From Ylistrum balloti (taxonomy: Eukaryota), in contig NW_026782457.1 of assembly GCF_031769215.1 (NCBI RefSeq), forward strand, positions 62,001 to 126,000: a stretch of 64,000 bases of DNA, given 5' to 3'. Position 1 is the stretch's first letter. Each line of letters opens with the position of its first letter. This document shows positions 41,401 through 52,545 of the stretch, piece after piece. Below the pieces are notes generated by a model. The model searched no databases. It saw only the letters and a program-made list of their open reading frames with translations, and was not told the DNA's origin. Position numbers and translations under genes: made by a program.

Positions 41401-41819
41401 TATTTACATTGAGTGGAGTGTACATTTATATGAAAACTAAGTATGTACAAGCTTAGATAACGGAAACGTAATACCAATGGCTTATCTTTTACTGGAAATT
41501 ATCGCAATGTTTTTGGGTGGTGTTTTTTTTCAAATGGATTCGTACAGCGTACAAATTCAAGCAATTATTACAACATTGGGTTAAATGAGTTACTAAATAC
41601 ACATTGTGATTCATGGCGATTTTGTGTATTTACAGAGAGTTTGAACATGTATACGATCTAGTACTGACAGGAAGGGACCCGACGGCAGAAGATCCGTTAC
41701 GCACCCCGTTTGCTGGAAAGCGCCGTGGAGGACAATTGGTCAGTTTGCCTCGCCGTGACCCAAATGAGCCCGGTCAACTGACTCTGGATAGTGTGATCCC
41801 GGGGGTCCGATTTCAGTAA
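32470..41819 (+). CDS. LRRC74A: LRRC74-like leucine-rich repeat protein (RNI-like LRRs, C-terminal EF-hand-like region), 12 coding exons, ~627 aa
   Basis: Exons 32470-32929, 35580-35776, 36296-36403, 36836-36929, 37120-37169, 37345-37426, 37761-37846, 38919-39113, 39464-39559, 39760-40005, 40681-40766, 41636-41819 (1884 nt, phases consistent). Motifs YDTDL, VPNNYFIRH..LTMRHRYL, LDLSWNKIG..GAAKIATGIKVN. A non-coding first exon ends at donor 31302. Paralogue (A vs B) is uncertain. Confidence 0.85.
33085..33381 (+). mobile_element. Short HINE/Helentron-type non-autonomous element (family of 44109)
   Basis: Starts AACAAAGAGGCCTACATCGCTCACCTGG, shares ~70 bp with 44109, and ends ...AAGTGAGTTAAA. 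Confidence 0.6.
34305..34595. mobile_element. Degenerate copy of 3255 foldback family
   Basis: GATACTC...CTCTCTACACCCCTGAAACATGTCATGGC left arm, GAGATTCGTTTGATGTACATTAAAGGATCAAA core, and TGCAGAGAGCGAAAGTG right arm. Confidence 0.7.
35907..36235. mobile_element. Copy of 3255 foldback family
   Basis: CTCGATACTCCAGGGGTTATAATCACTTTCG left arm, GATGTACATCAAA core, and CTTCAATTTTGTCATGACAT right arm. Confidence 0.75.
37871..37962. mobile_element. Tc1/mariner (pogo/Tigger-like) MITE with TA TSD
   Basis: TA|CAGTAGAAACCCGTTATCTCGAA ... TTCAAGATAACGAGATTCGACTG|TA. Confidence 0.75.
38333..38478. mobile_element. Second pogo/Tigger-like MITE relative
   Basis: GTCGAACCTTGTTATCTCGAA ... TTCGAAATAATGAAGTTTGACTG|TA. 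Confidence 0.65.
40855..40995. mobile_element. Partial (left arm) copy of 3255 foldback family
   Basis: CCTCAATACTCCCGAGGTTACA...CTCTCTGCACTCCGGAGCAT. Internal GTGACCAATCACAGGCT is the reverse complement of sequence at ~23216. Confidence 0.65.
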
Positions 41820-42099
41820 GGAATATTCTTCCTGACGTGACATCTAACCGTTGTCCAAGGCGATAATGTACAATCTATATATGACAAAAGAGTCAGATCT
41901 GAATCTAAGTCCACGATGGTAACGAAGAAAACTATTGAAAAGACGAAAGGAATTCAATAAGAATGACTTCTGTTCTCTTGATTTACATACTGTGTATGTT
42001 CATATCATATTTATTAAATACTGGAATACCCATATCCTTATGAATTATTTTCATTGATAATGGTGAAAATAAGTGGAGATATCTGTTGTGTTTTGATTC

Positions 42100-42450
42100 C
42101 TGTACGTTTCCGTAGACTGCTAACTATCTAATAGTGGTGCTCTAATGTTGTGAATATTTCCGCCATTTACATCGAACTATTTGAAAATTTTCCGAGGAGT
42201 CGAACAGTTCTAAATAAATTGGCGACATTTCCGATTCAATTCCTGTATTATCTACGACACCTGAAGATCTTCAGGTGAACTTAGATAACCTGCTATCGTA
42301 TTGTACACAGCGGGATCTTTCCAGCTAAACTCGCATGCTAACAAACGGCCGGCGCGGATAAAAATGACTGAACTTAAGTTAGAAATTCTGGACATTCTTT
42401 CGACTTACAAGCTTAAATATCTTAGCTACATAGTCATTGCAACTGGATAT
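42100..42450 (+). mobile_element. Decayed LINE reverse transcriptase relic
   Basis: Frame reads LSTTPEDLQVNLDNLLSYC...LEIL...KYL, resembling the RT region after YADD (LQxxLDxLxxYCxxW), with stops and frameshifts. Confidence 0.45.
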
Positions 42451-43074
42451 TATACAAAAGATTTACTTCAAGCAATATCTTTCATTCAGTAATTCAATAA
42501 CATTACACCACACCTGTATACATTATACTTGTATGTAATATTCTGCATTTCCTTACCTTTTGTAAATGAATGTATCGTTAAATGAAGACAAAGCTGGCAA
42601 GCATATATATTTCACCTGAGAATATATCTCATACATGTATAATTCACAATTCCAAATCTAATATTCATAATAATTAAGTAACTGTTCAGAAACTATTTAA
42701 TAAGATGACACAATGCATTTGAAAAAAAAAATCAAAAGTATTGTTTAATTCTTAAATTATTCTTTAATCGTGAACTTCGTTTCGTAGTTTGAACACATTC
42801 ATAATACAATGTGTAACATACATTTTATCTTCTACTGTAGACAACATTTTGAAGACAAATAGGAAACAGACCGCCATCGCTAATAAATAGGTAACATACA
42901 CAATGATATTAAATAACAGAGTCCTTATAACAATATTGGATTGGCTGATATACAATACTTAGAATACACTTGTGCGTGAATAAGCAGCTATATTAGTCTC
43001 GTCATTCTTGATTTTTCAGATTTATACTTTTTAAGCAAATAGCAAAATGCACTAGAATTTACTAATGTGTGTGG

Positions 43075-43575
43075 TTTTCCCCTAAAATACCAAATTTCTC
43101 AAGAGGAAGACGACATCTCTCCTGGGATTTTAGAGTTCTTGTTTCAATATAACTCTGTACTAATTTTGAAATTGATTAAAAGGGTCATGGCCATGATCTC
43201 GTGATACAAAATATGAACTTTTTATCCCAGAAATGTAATTCATTTGATGGGTTCAGCTGTCCTGTCCATACCACAATTTAACTGTAAGTCTGGGTTGATT
43301 GGAACACCAGTTATACTTACATATGTAAAGACTTCGTCAAAACGTAAACTAATCCAGTTTCTCAGCACCCCCAGCTAAAATGCAAAGTCAATGGACCGCA
43401 AGATCTGGAGGATAATGTTGTTAGTGATAGGTATGTTGAAGTGATCACTATGTGATCTAGCTATATACCAAGTTTGGTTAAAGGTGAACTTTTGAACACA
43501 AAACTTTAAATGAAATGTTGAAGACGACGACGATGCCGGGTATGTGACAACATAGTCTCGCTTAAACGGCATTTT
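43075..43575 (+). mobile_element. Probable degenerate HINE-type element
   Basis: TATACCAAGTTTGG central motif and a (GAC)n GCCGGG..TGACAA.ATAGTC 3' end typical of the HINE copies elsewhere in the window. Confidence 0.4.
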
Positions 43576-44108
43576 TTTTTTTTCAATTTTAGTAAAAGTA
43601 AACCATATTATGTATTTCATAATTTTAGCCATGCCATGAAACTATAAACAATATAACACATACATGTAATGCGTATGGAATGGGAAAGCAGGGTTAAATC
43701 TCATATTGATTAATTGTCTAAAGATCTTTTTCTGCATTTGTAAACTAATTGGTTTTTATGTCATTAACCACTAAATTACACATGTAATCATAATTGTGCA
43801 AATAATGTTGAATATAAAAAAAATGTTCATTCTTAAATTTCATAGCTAGATTTCCTTTTGTTGCAAAAATGCAAGCTGCGGACAAGTGGCCATCTTGAAA
43901 TCTGACCAATCAACTCAACTGTTATTTTTTCAATAAAGTACTCGAGAGGTCATTTTTGAATTTCGTATGTCGGTTTTTTTTTCAGTTTTATCTGTCAACA
44001 CAACAAATAGTGCAGCAAAATACGACGAAGAAATATAATAATATAGATACGTTAGAGCACGACCAACCGAGCTTAATACAAGAATGTCTGTCATAGCGGG
44101 CAGTAATG

Positions 44109-44689
44109 ACAAGAGGCCCAAAGGGCCTGTATCGCTCACCTGGTTTAGTTCGCTGAAATTACTTCATCTAAACTAAATGAAAAAAACATTTAAAAGATTT
44201 ATATTCGTTTCATGTATAAGGTATCCCTATCCTGTCCTTTGAGAATCAGATGCATCAAATATACAGAATAAAGTTCCCTTCAATCATGGGTGCTTCAGAC
44301 AAAGCTAGGACGAAATTCAATCATTCCTAATGAATGAGAACTGAACAGTTTTATAAAATTGATTTCCTTTCACATACCTAGGATGATTCAGACCAAATAG
44401 GGTCAGAATTTAAATATTCCTACATTGAAATTAGATTTTAAAGGTTTTGCTTTATTTCTACTATTTGACCCCACTTCTCTGGTCCGAGGGGGGGGGGGGG
44501 CGGTGGGGGTCAGACCCACTGTTTCTGAGCACTGATTTTCCTTCACCCAATGATGTTCAAGACAAAATTATTGAAATCCGCCCAGTTGTTCACGACTTGT
44601 AGTAATTTCTAGCAAAAGTTTTCGAACGGACGGACGACGCGATATGCCATATGCTCATTTGGCCCCACGGGGTAGGTAAGCTGATAAAA
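44109..44689 (+). mobile_element. HINE/Helentron-type non-autonomous element
   Basis: 5' ACAAGAGGCCCAAAGGGCC hairpin plus ATCGCTCACCTG, central ~150-bp satellite-like units (CTTCAGACCAAA), a (GGAC)n microsatellite, and 3' GCTCA...GG.CCC..GGG.AGGT.AGCT-AAAA. Confidence 0.75.
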
Positions 44690-45570
44690 CAGGAGACATA
44701 ATGGTAATGTGTCATAAAACTCGGCTAACTTTGAGTCACCTCGTCTTCAGCTGCCTGTGGTGAAACGTGCAATGCAATCCTACTCGTAACTCAACCGAAA
44801 GACATGTCTAGTTGACCCAGACTCCTCCTGAAAAGACGTCTCGGATGACACATGTAATGTTTACGTAACGTCAGCGGGAGACTTTTCCAACGTTGACCCC
44901 GACTCGTCTTCAACTGATGCCTCTAGTGACACTTGTAATACGTCATCGCGAGATTCACCAAAAGTCGATCTCAAATTGCCTTCAGACGTCTATGTTGACA
45001 CAAGCAATGGGCAGTCTCATCACTTTTAGAAACGTTTATCCTGATGCGTGTGCCTGTGTTGATAAATGTTATGCCACACATATGATTCGATTTAAGACGA
45101 GTTTGGTGACACTAGAAAAGAACACTTGTAAGTGTATTACACGAAGCATCGTCGCAAGACACGTCTAAAGTTGACCCTGACCTGTCATCGGAAGTTTCTG
45201 TTGACCTTGACTTGATAAGCCCGGTATCGAACCCATTGCCTTGTGTTGTGCTTGGACGTTTCAGCAAAACAGATAAATACAAATCCAAAACGGTAGAAGA
45301 ATCCGTATTCAAATTAATCAGCTTTTCTAAATGAATACCATGCATCGATGTTGATGGAAGAGGCCTATCGAAAGACAGATTTTGAACTTTCTTTTTCTGG
45401 GAGATATCTTGAATCTGCGGTGTGGGATTCTGTGAAGTCTTATCCTGAAAAGTTGGTGTCGTTGTAATATCACTGAAAAAATAGAACATAATCATAGAAG
45501 ATTGTAACAAAAATTATGTAATAATTTATTGTATTAAGTTAATGGTTAAATCAAAGATATATATATTTTT

Positions 45571-46197
45571 TTACATCAATTGCGAAACAAGTTGTACCAA
45601 CTTAACTGAATTGTCCCGCGAATGATAGGGCCTCGCTGTACCAGGAAACCAGAATACCCGGGGGAAACTTTTGCCAGCGGCCTTAACCGCGTAAAAAATA
45701 AGCACCGACATAGAGAAAATGTGACGAAAATAATTCTTGTAATATGCAAATATGGGCGTGTTGGATTTGTTAGAACTGTAACACACGAGATACCTCGATA
45801 AAGCCAACCTGAGACGTGAATTCAGTAGCTCCTCTTCAATCCTCCAGTAGCTACCTCCTGCATCACCTCTTCTTAACTTCACAGACGTGCCTTCGTTTTT
45901 TGTTGTGAATTTCTTATGATGAAATCTTTTAGATACTTTAACTGGAACTTGCGTACATTTTCCGTACCTTTCTAGCTGTTTGAAAATCCATAGTCTGCGA
46001 TTGTCAAAACTATACCACTGTCCATCCTTTTTACAAACTGTTATCTTCGGAATCTTTTCGATTGTAGCAGTTTCCATTAAAACTTCGTCGAGTGTTATTC
46101 CAATTTCTGAATTTTTATGCCTAGTATTTTGACGAAATACATTACTTATAGTTTCCTGCGTGTAACGTATTTCACTTGGTTTCAGATACATGCCCAT
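45571..46197 (-). CDS. Uncharacterised protein with N-terminal ParB/sulfiredoxin-like domain (possibly spliced to 45112-45472)
   Basis: 208-aa ORF beginning MGMYLKPSEIRYTQETISNVF...IPKITV...GQWYSFDNRRLWIFKQL. TATATAA at 46243-46237 lies ~45 nt upstream, and the ATG has G at +4. The fold call is from motif recognition only. Confidence 0.7.
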   Translation of the reverse strand: MGMYLKPSEIRYTQETISNVFRQNTRHKNSEIGITLDEVLMETATIEKIPKITVCKKDGQWYSFDNRRLWIFKQLERYGKCTQVPVKVSKRFHHKKFTTKNEGTSVKLRRGDAGGSYWRIEEELLNSRLRLALSRYLVCYSSNKSNTPIFAYYKNYFRHIFSMSVLIFYAVKAAGKSFPRVFWFPGTARPYHSRDNSVKLVQLVSQLM

Positions 46198-47049
46198 GAT
46201 GAAATGTTATGTGGTATCAACTATGATTACGGTGAGTTATATACAATCCTTTTATCTTGTATGGGGTTCCACGTACGCACGATAAAGATTTTTTGCAACT
46301 TCACTGAAAATGAAAGTGAAACTAATATTGCGTATTAAGGGAGGTAACTATGCCAACCTAAAGCAAACGGATTGCAAAATTACTTACTCAGTACATTAAT
46401 TAGTATTGTTTCTTAAACTGGTTTTTTTTTTTTTTTTTTTTTCATTATTCCCTTAAATTCGAAAATGTGTCATTCAATATGGCAGATCAGATTTATTGTT
46501 TTTAACATATCGATCATCACAAACCTTGTTTCCTCGAATGAGGTCATTCCAGATAAAATGCTTATGCCCAGCCTCTAGATTTTGAAAATCCTCACACGCT
46601 GCTTTCAGTTTCACAAAGTTTACTTATCGAAGATTTGTGTGTATTAAAGGTAAAGTCCATGCAAGGTAAACGTATTTATTTTACATAAAACTACTGTGAT
46701 GGATTTTCTTGAAAAAGAAACCAGTAATAGGACAAAAGTTGCGGAAAACATGAAGATTTTTGTTGGTTTTATCGTGGATATATGAAACTTTTGATAAAGT
46801 TAATTTATGTTTCATAAGATTTTTGAATAATTTGAATGTGTTACCAGGAAAGTTGTGTTTTGTGGTAAGACTTACAGCCTCATAGAACTTTCTAGTTTCC
46901 ATCTGCCTACTTTTCATACCCGTTACATATAAATCTTCGTTGGAAGCTGTCAATGTATAATGATATGAAATCATATTTAATCAAAGGATAAAACCACAAA
47001 ATAGATTGGATTACCATACAATGAAAATATATGTACATATAGTAGAAAT

Positions 47050-49130
47050 AATAAGGCAATGTTCATCATGTCCCAAGGGGCCTAAACCCACTGTTCAAGC
47101 AAAATCTGTTCCACTTCACCCTAGGATGCTTCAGACCAAATTATGACACAATCCTGCCATTCCTACCGGTAGTTTTAAAGAATTTCCTCTGTTTTACCTA
47201 TTAACCCCGACCCTCTGGCCCCAGGAGGCCAGGCCAAGACCCACCATTTACACAAAATTGTTTCCCTTCACCCTAGGATGTTTTAGACCAAATAGCCACA
47301 GAATCCTGTCATTCATACATGTTTTTAAAGAATTTGCGAAATTTCCCCCTTTTGGCCCTGCCCCTCCTGCCTTAGGACCCTAGACCTCCATGTATTGTTT
47401 ACACAAGATTGATACCATTTCACAAAAAAATTATTCTGCTTCACCAAAGAATACTTCAGACAAAATTCAGGAAATATCCATTCATTTTTAAAGGAGGAGT
47501 ATAATTATAAACAAGAGTTCCTCGGAACTGTATGTGTCACCTGCATAACGTGTCACGGTCACCCAGAAATTGAACTGGATGTGCAACGATCAACCATAAA
47601 GTTGTAATACCAAATTTCATTTCTATAACTTAAAGCATAAAGGGAAAACTGCGCAAAGCAATATTCCTGAGAAATTTTCCAAGTTCAAAGGGAAATATCA
47701 CTGCCAAAAAGGGTTACAGACTGCCAAGAAGCAAACTTGGTGCGTAACTTTTGACCAAGAACTCATATACAAAATTGCATTTTCATAACTCGAAGCATTA
47801 CCAAGAAAATTCCAGGAAACAATATTCCCAAAGAATTGGAGTTCCAATGGGTCAGGAAGAGTCTCAGAGAGCTGAGAATTGAACTTGATCTGTAATCTTC
47901 CACCAAGAAGCCATATACAACATTTCATTATGTTAACTCCAAGCATAATTGGGAAATATCTGGAAAACAATATTCCCAGGAAATTTTCTAGGTTGAAAGA
48001 GGCATAACTCTGCCAAAAAGGGTAACAGAAAGCCGGGAATCGAACTTAATCTGTACCCTTGCAACAACAAGCCATATGCCAAATTTCATTTCTATAACTC
48101 AAAGCATAAGCCAAAAATGTCCAGAAAACAATTTTCCCAGGAAATTTCTAAGTTGAAAGGGGCATAACTCTGCCAAAAAGGGTCACAGACAGCCGAGAAT
48201 CAAACTTTATCTGTACCCTTGCAACAAAAAGCCATATGCCAACTTTCATTTTGATAACTCAAATCATTACCGAAAAACTAGAAAATGTCTGTAAGACATG
48301 AATGCCGCCCCCCCCCCCCCCACCCCCCATGTGAAATAATAGTGAAAGGTCCGAAAGAGATGATTTTGTTAATTTGTATGCAACTATGTACAACTTAAGT
48401 TTCATACTTAAATTGACAAGTTGATTTAACATACATGAATTTGGAATTTTGTTCTCTGGAAAAAATGAGGGAGTATATTAGTTCCTTATGCCTTAAAACC
48501 CACAAGTACCAAATTATGTAGAAATAAGATGATGTTCCTCTTTTTTGAGTTATCTCCCCCTGGTGGCCATCTTTTTTTAGAATGCCGAGAAATTCAACAC
48601 TGCATGAGGTCTTTCCATACTTGATATTTGTATGAAGTTTCATGAAAATTGCCTTCCGAATGAAGTTGTTAGGTGGTATATACTGATTTGGGACGTGACG
48701 CGACGGGACGGGACGCGACAGGACGGGACGGACGGACATGGGCAACGCTATATGCCCCCGGCCATAAATGGCGGGGGCATAAAAAACCAGAAAACTTTAG
48801 TATGGACGACGCCGACGCACGACGATGGACAAAGTGATCCTCAAGTGTCCGCCAGCTCTGCAGGCGACACAATAATTTACTCTATTTCCCCTATTGGGCC
48901 CTGCCACTCCCTTCTCAGAAGGCCGAGACCCACTATTTATACAAAACTTCACCCAATAATGCTTCAGACCAAATTTGGAAAATTCAATCATTCCTACTGG
49001 AGGAATAGGATTTTAAATAATTTGCTCTATTGCCCCTCCTGCTCCAGTTTGTTTATTATTTACAAATGTCACTTTAAATATCTTCAGCAGGGAATGAGAA
49101 AATCTCACTGTGTTCATTTTGAAAAGAAAA
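47050..49130 (+). mobile_element. Three nested HINE/Helentron-type elements with ~150-bp internal tandem arrays
   Basis: Outer ~47050-47508 + 48876-49130 (CTTCACCC.AGGATGCTTCAGACCAAA units). Middle 47509-48875 (AACAAGAG start, ~5 x ~150-bp units, GTGTC.GCC...GGCGACAC end). Inner ~48276-48786 ((GGAC) microsatellite, ATGCCCCCGGCCAT-AA-ATGGCGGGGGCAT hairpin, AAAAAA). Confidence 0.75.
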
Positions 49131-51117
49131 ACCTTTTACATCAGTGCAATGTACTAAGAGTACAGAATTTTTATCCTCCAACAGAAAATTTAAGTTCCAG
49201 TGCAAACACACTAATGAACATGCATACCCTGGTCAACAGAACAGAAAGCTTATGAAATAGATATGGCCTCTGACAAATTAATTGGTCTTTATGTTCTACC
49301 AAAGAAAAAAATATCATAATTCTTTGCGAATGATCCAGTTCTTATGTTATAGTGTAGACTTATTCAATACATGTACCTACAGTTGGCTGGAAAGTTCCAC
49401 ATAACCTGCATTTAAGAAAGATATTTTCATTGTACTGTCACTACCCTATGATATTATAGGGATAGACCCAAACTTGAAAAATATCACTTCACACAAGTCT
49501 CATCACATAATTTGTTCAAAAATACAAACAAGAAAATGTTGCTAAAATACACTTCCTCCACTAAAACAGATATTGTAAAACAATTCTGAGTGAAAATTTC
49601 ATATATATCTGTTATACACGTGGTTTAGTCTAGATCTAGAAGAAATATTTACCGACCCGAAATTTCATTTTGCACTACATTCCTAGCAATCAGGAAGTAA
49701 AACAGGATTTTAACACTTGCTTAAATCCTATTGAATCTTTAAGACTCCGGTATACCTGTACAACAAAGTTCCACAGCTGAGGGAGTTATAATCCTCTATT
49801 TGTAATCCAAAAATATTGTTTCCAGCTATTGAGCAGCCATAATTTTTCAGATTTACGACTCGAGTTGTTGATACAGTTTGTCCCAATCCTGAAAAATCAA
49901 ATATGGCCCTAAACCTTTTCCATGAATGTCCAATTTTCATGATTTAACAGTTTTCATTCTCCGCCCCTATAAGCTGTCAGCTAATCGCTATACCATCCGA
50001 CAGATGAAACAAAGGGCAGTAACTCTAGGCAATCAGAATGACATTTTTGTGCATCAATTTAATCAATGAATGATTGTCGGCTTTCAGTCAAATATTCAAT
50101 TTATTCATCGACGAATTTCTGTCCTGATGGGACCAAAAAGGATGCATGTGCAGAGTAGCGTTGTCAAAGACAAGTTGGACATAATTATATTTTTCAAAGG
50201 CACATTCACTTTTTTAAAACTACCAGGTATATTAAAACTGACAATACAGGTATTAGTTTTGCTGGAAAATTTGCTGATGATTAGATTGGATTCAAAAACT
50301 ATTGACTACTTAATAGGGTTTTGATAGATTTTGACAGCAAGTTTGAAATAGTGAATTGTTAAACGCTTGTAATTTCATCTACATTTTCCTGAATATTCAG
50401 GGATTCCAGTACAAAGACAAATGACCACGAAAGAAGTAGCAGTGATTTTTGGGGCTCAGATGTTAAGAGTCATGGACTGCTTTCCCTGTAAGACTTGCTC
50501 AAAGTTTGGAATTGCTCGACAGGACTTTCCTAAAACTTTCTACAAAAATTACAGAAACAGATTACTCATCAGTCATTCTGACAATTATAACCCCTTAGCC
50601 ATTCAATTTCGAAAAGTATTTTTAAATATATCTCATTAGACACAACATCTGTAATGTTTAACGAGTTGTAAAATTTACTATGGTTCTCACACCTTGGATG
50701 TACAATCCAGATTCACAGAATTGATAGGAGGCACCAATGCAAAATGTAAAATGTCTTTACTGCACCAGGAATCCAAGTTTAGGGGACTTGTGTACATGCA
50801 ATGAAATTGGAATCCTGTTACATGTACACAAGTTATACATGTACATGCAAGCTGGAATACGATTGTATTTTATCACAACAAAGATAAATTTCAATATTCC
50901 CTTCCAATGTATGTAATAAAACTGCCAAATCACAGTTGTGCAGTTATGTTTTATTATGACAAAATCTATCAATTTGCTAAAATTTTCCAGCTGGTGGGAC
51001 CCATTTTATCAAATATCAGAAAAACTGAATTGGTTGAAGACAATTCCAGGTTCAGATACATTTATCAATTATGTAAAGGAAAAGATTGCACTCATGAACC
51101 AAACTAAACATAAAAAT

Positions 51118-51293
51118 CAGGGTTTTCCATAATTTTGTTAGTAGTAGGCTGTGTAGTGAAAGTAGGAGGCAGGCCTGCCGTGTACGTGTAGTCGTGTACG
51201 GAACATTATTACGGAATTGGATTGGTGTAGACGGCCAAATGATCAAAGTAACCGGTCAAATTGGCCGGCTCCCGGCTCTTATGGAAAACCCTG
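51118..51293. mobile_element. MITE, 15-bp TIR CAGGGTTTTCCATAA, apparent 5-bp TSD AAAAT
   Basis: Perfect 15-bp inverted ends at 51118 and 51293, with AAAAT on both flanks. Confidence 0.75.
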
Positions 51294-52050
51294 AAAATAT
51301 AGAAATCTTCCTATTTACAATTACATCCCACCCATTACAAATTTACCACAATTATCCTTTCCGCCAATTCTCATTTTTAATGTGTTAAACAGAACTGAAG
51401 TTGTTTGCACATCTAGAGGCCATCAATATTATCAGTAACCCTCAAAGTTTAGTGAAAGTCCAAATTGGAAGCTTTCCAGAAGAAACCTTTATGGCAGAAA
51501 GCAGAAGAAAGAATAAGAATCGGTGTAAAAGCGTCAACTACCCAAACTTCATTTGGCAGAACATACGCATCCCTTGGGTTTGAAAAAAATATTCACAGCA
51601 GGCATATTTGAATTGTAATCAGCAGACTTCAAAAATTCATTTTAGTAATCATGTTTCTACTTGACGCATGGTTTTGGGGAAAAAGTAAGCTTGAAAATGT
51701 CAATGGTTTTCAAATCTTTTTTTTTATTTTCTACATGAAAAAGAAACACTTTTTATGTGGCTACAGCGAGATATAGATCATGTTACTTTAACTACAGACA
51801 CCTGTGCTTTAACGTTTTCTTGCACCACACGTTACGTTCCTAGGTGAGAAAAAAACGGAAAAAACATGGACAACGATCAATTATGAAAGTCGCGAAATAA
51901 ACAAAATAAGTCCACAGAGTAAGCACTTTCAGTCAAGAGAAGTCACTCGCTGGTTAATAACAGTTCCAACAAAAGCCTGAGAAATATTTGCCGGTCATTG
52001 AAGAAAGTCGATTTCATCGTTTTCCGTGCACATTGCTAATGTCAGAGTTC

Positions 52051-52545
52051 CTATAACTGACCACAATTACTAATAATAACTTTTTTTGATGTTGCTCCAC
52101 TTTGTGATCCGACCGCTTCTACTTTCTTCACAACATCCATCCCCTCTGTAACAGATCCAAACACCACGTGCTTTCCATCCAGCCAAGACGTTTTCGCAGT
52201 GCACAAAAAGAACTGAGATCCGTTGGTGTTCGGACCGGCATTAGCCATCGACAAAATTCCAGGGCCAGTATGTTTCAGCTGGAAGTTTTCGTCGGCAAAC
52301 TTTTCTCCGTAGATACTTTTTCCTCCGGTCCCATTCCCACGAGTGAAATCTCCGCCTTGGCACATGAAGTCGGGGATAACACGATGAAACGACGAGCCCT
52401 TGAATCCAAAGCCTTTCTCGCCAGTACAAAGCGCTCGAAAGTTTTCAGTTGTTTTGGGAACAACATCTCCTCTTAACTCCATGACAATTCTCCCAGCAGC
52501 TGAACCACCAATATCTATGTCGAAAAATACATTCTGCTTTGACAT
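52051..52545 (-). CDS. PPIA: Cyclophilin A-type peptidyl-prolyl cis-trans isomerase, intronless CDS
   Basis: 164 aa with [39 protein letters not shown] and [10 protein letters not shown]. Catalytic and cyclosporin-binding residues (R55, F60, Q63, F113, W121, H126 equivalents) are intact. Kozak context CACCATG. AATAAA at ~51723-51728. Confidence 0.97.
   Translation of the reverse strand: MSKQNVFFDIDIGGSAAGRIVMELRGDVVPKTTENFRALCTGEKGFGFKGSSFHRVIPDFMCQGGDFTRGNGTGGKSIYGEKFADENFQLKHTGPGILSMANAGPNTNGSQFFLCTAKTSWLDGKHVVFGSVTEGMDVVKKVEAVGSQSGATSKKVIISNCGQL

Noticed and set aside
48395-49255. ORFs of 116 and 207 aa
   Set aside because: They run across HINE junctions and microsatellites; no protein features.
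52168-52476. Antisense and alternate-frame ORFs over cyclophilin
   Set aside because: Shadow ORFs of a conserved CDS.
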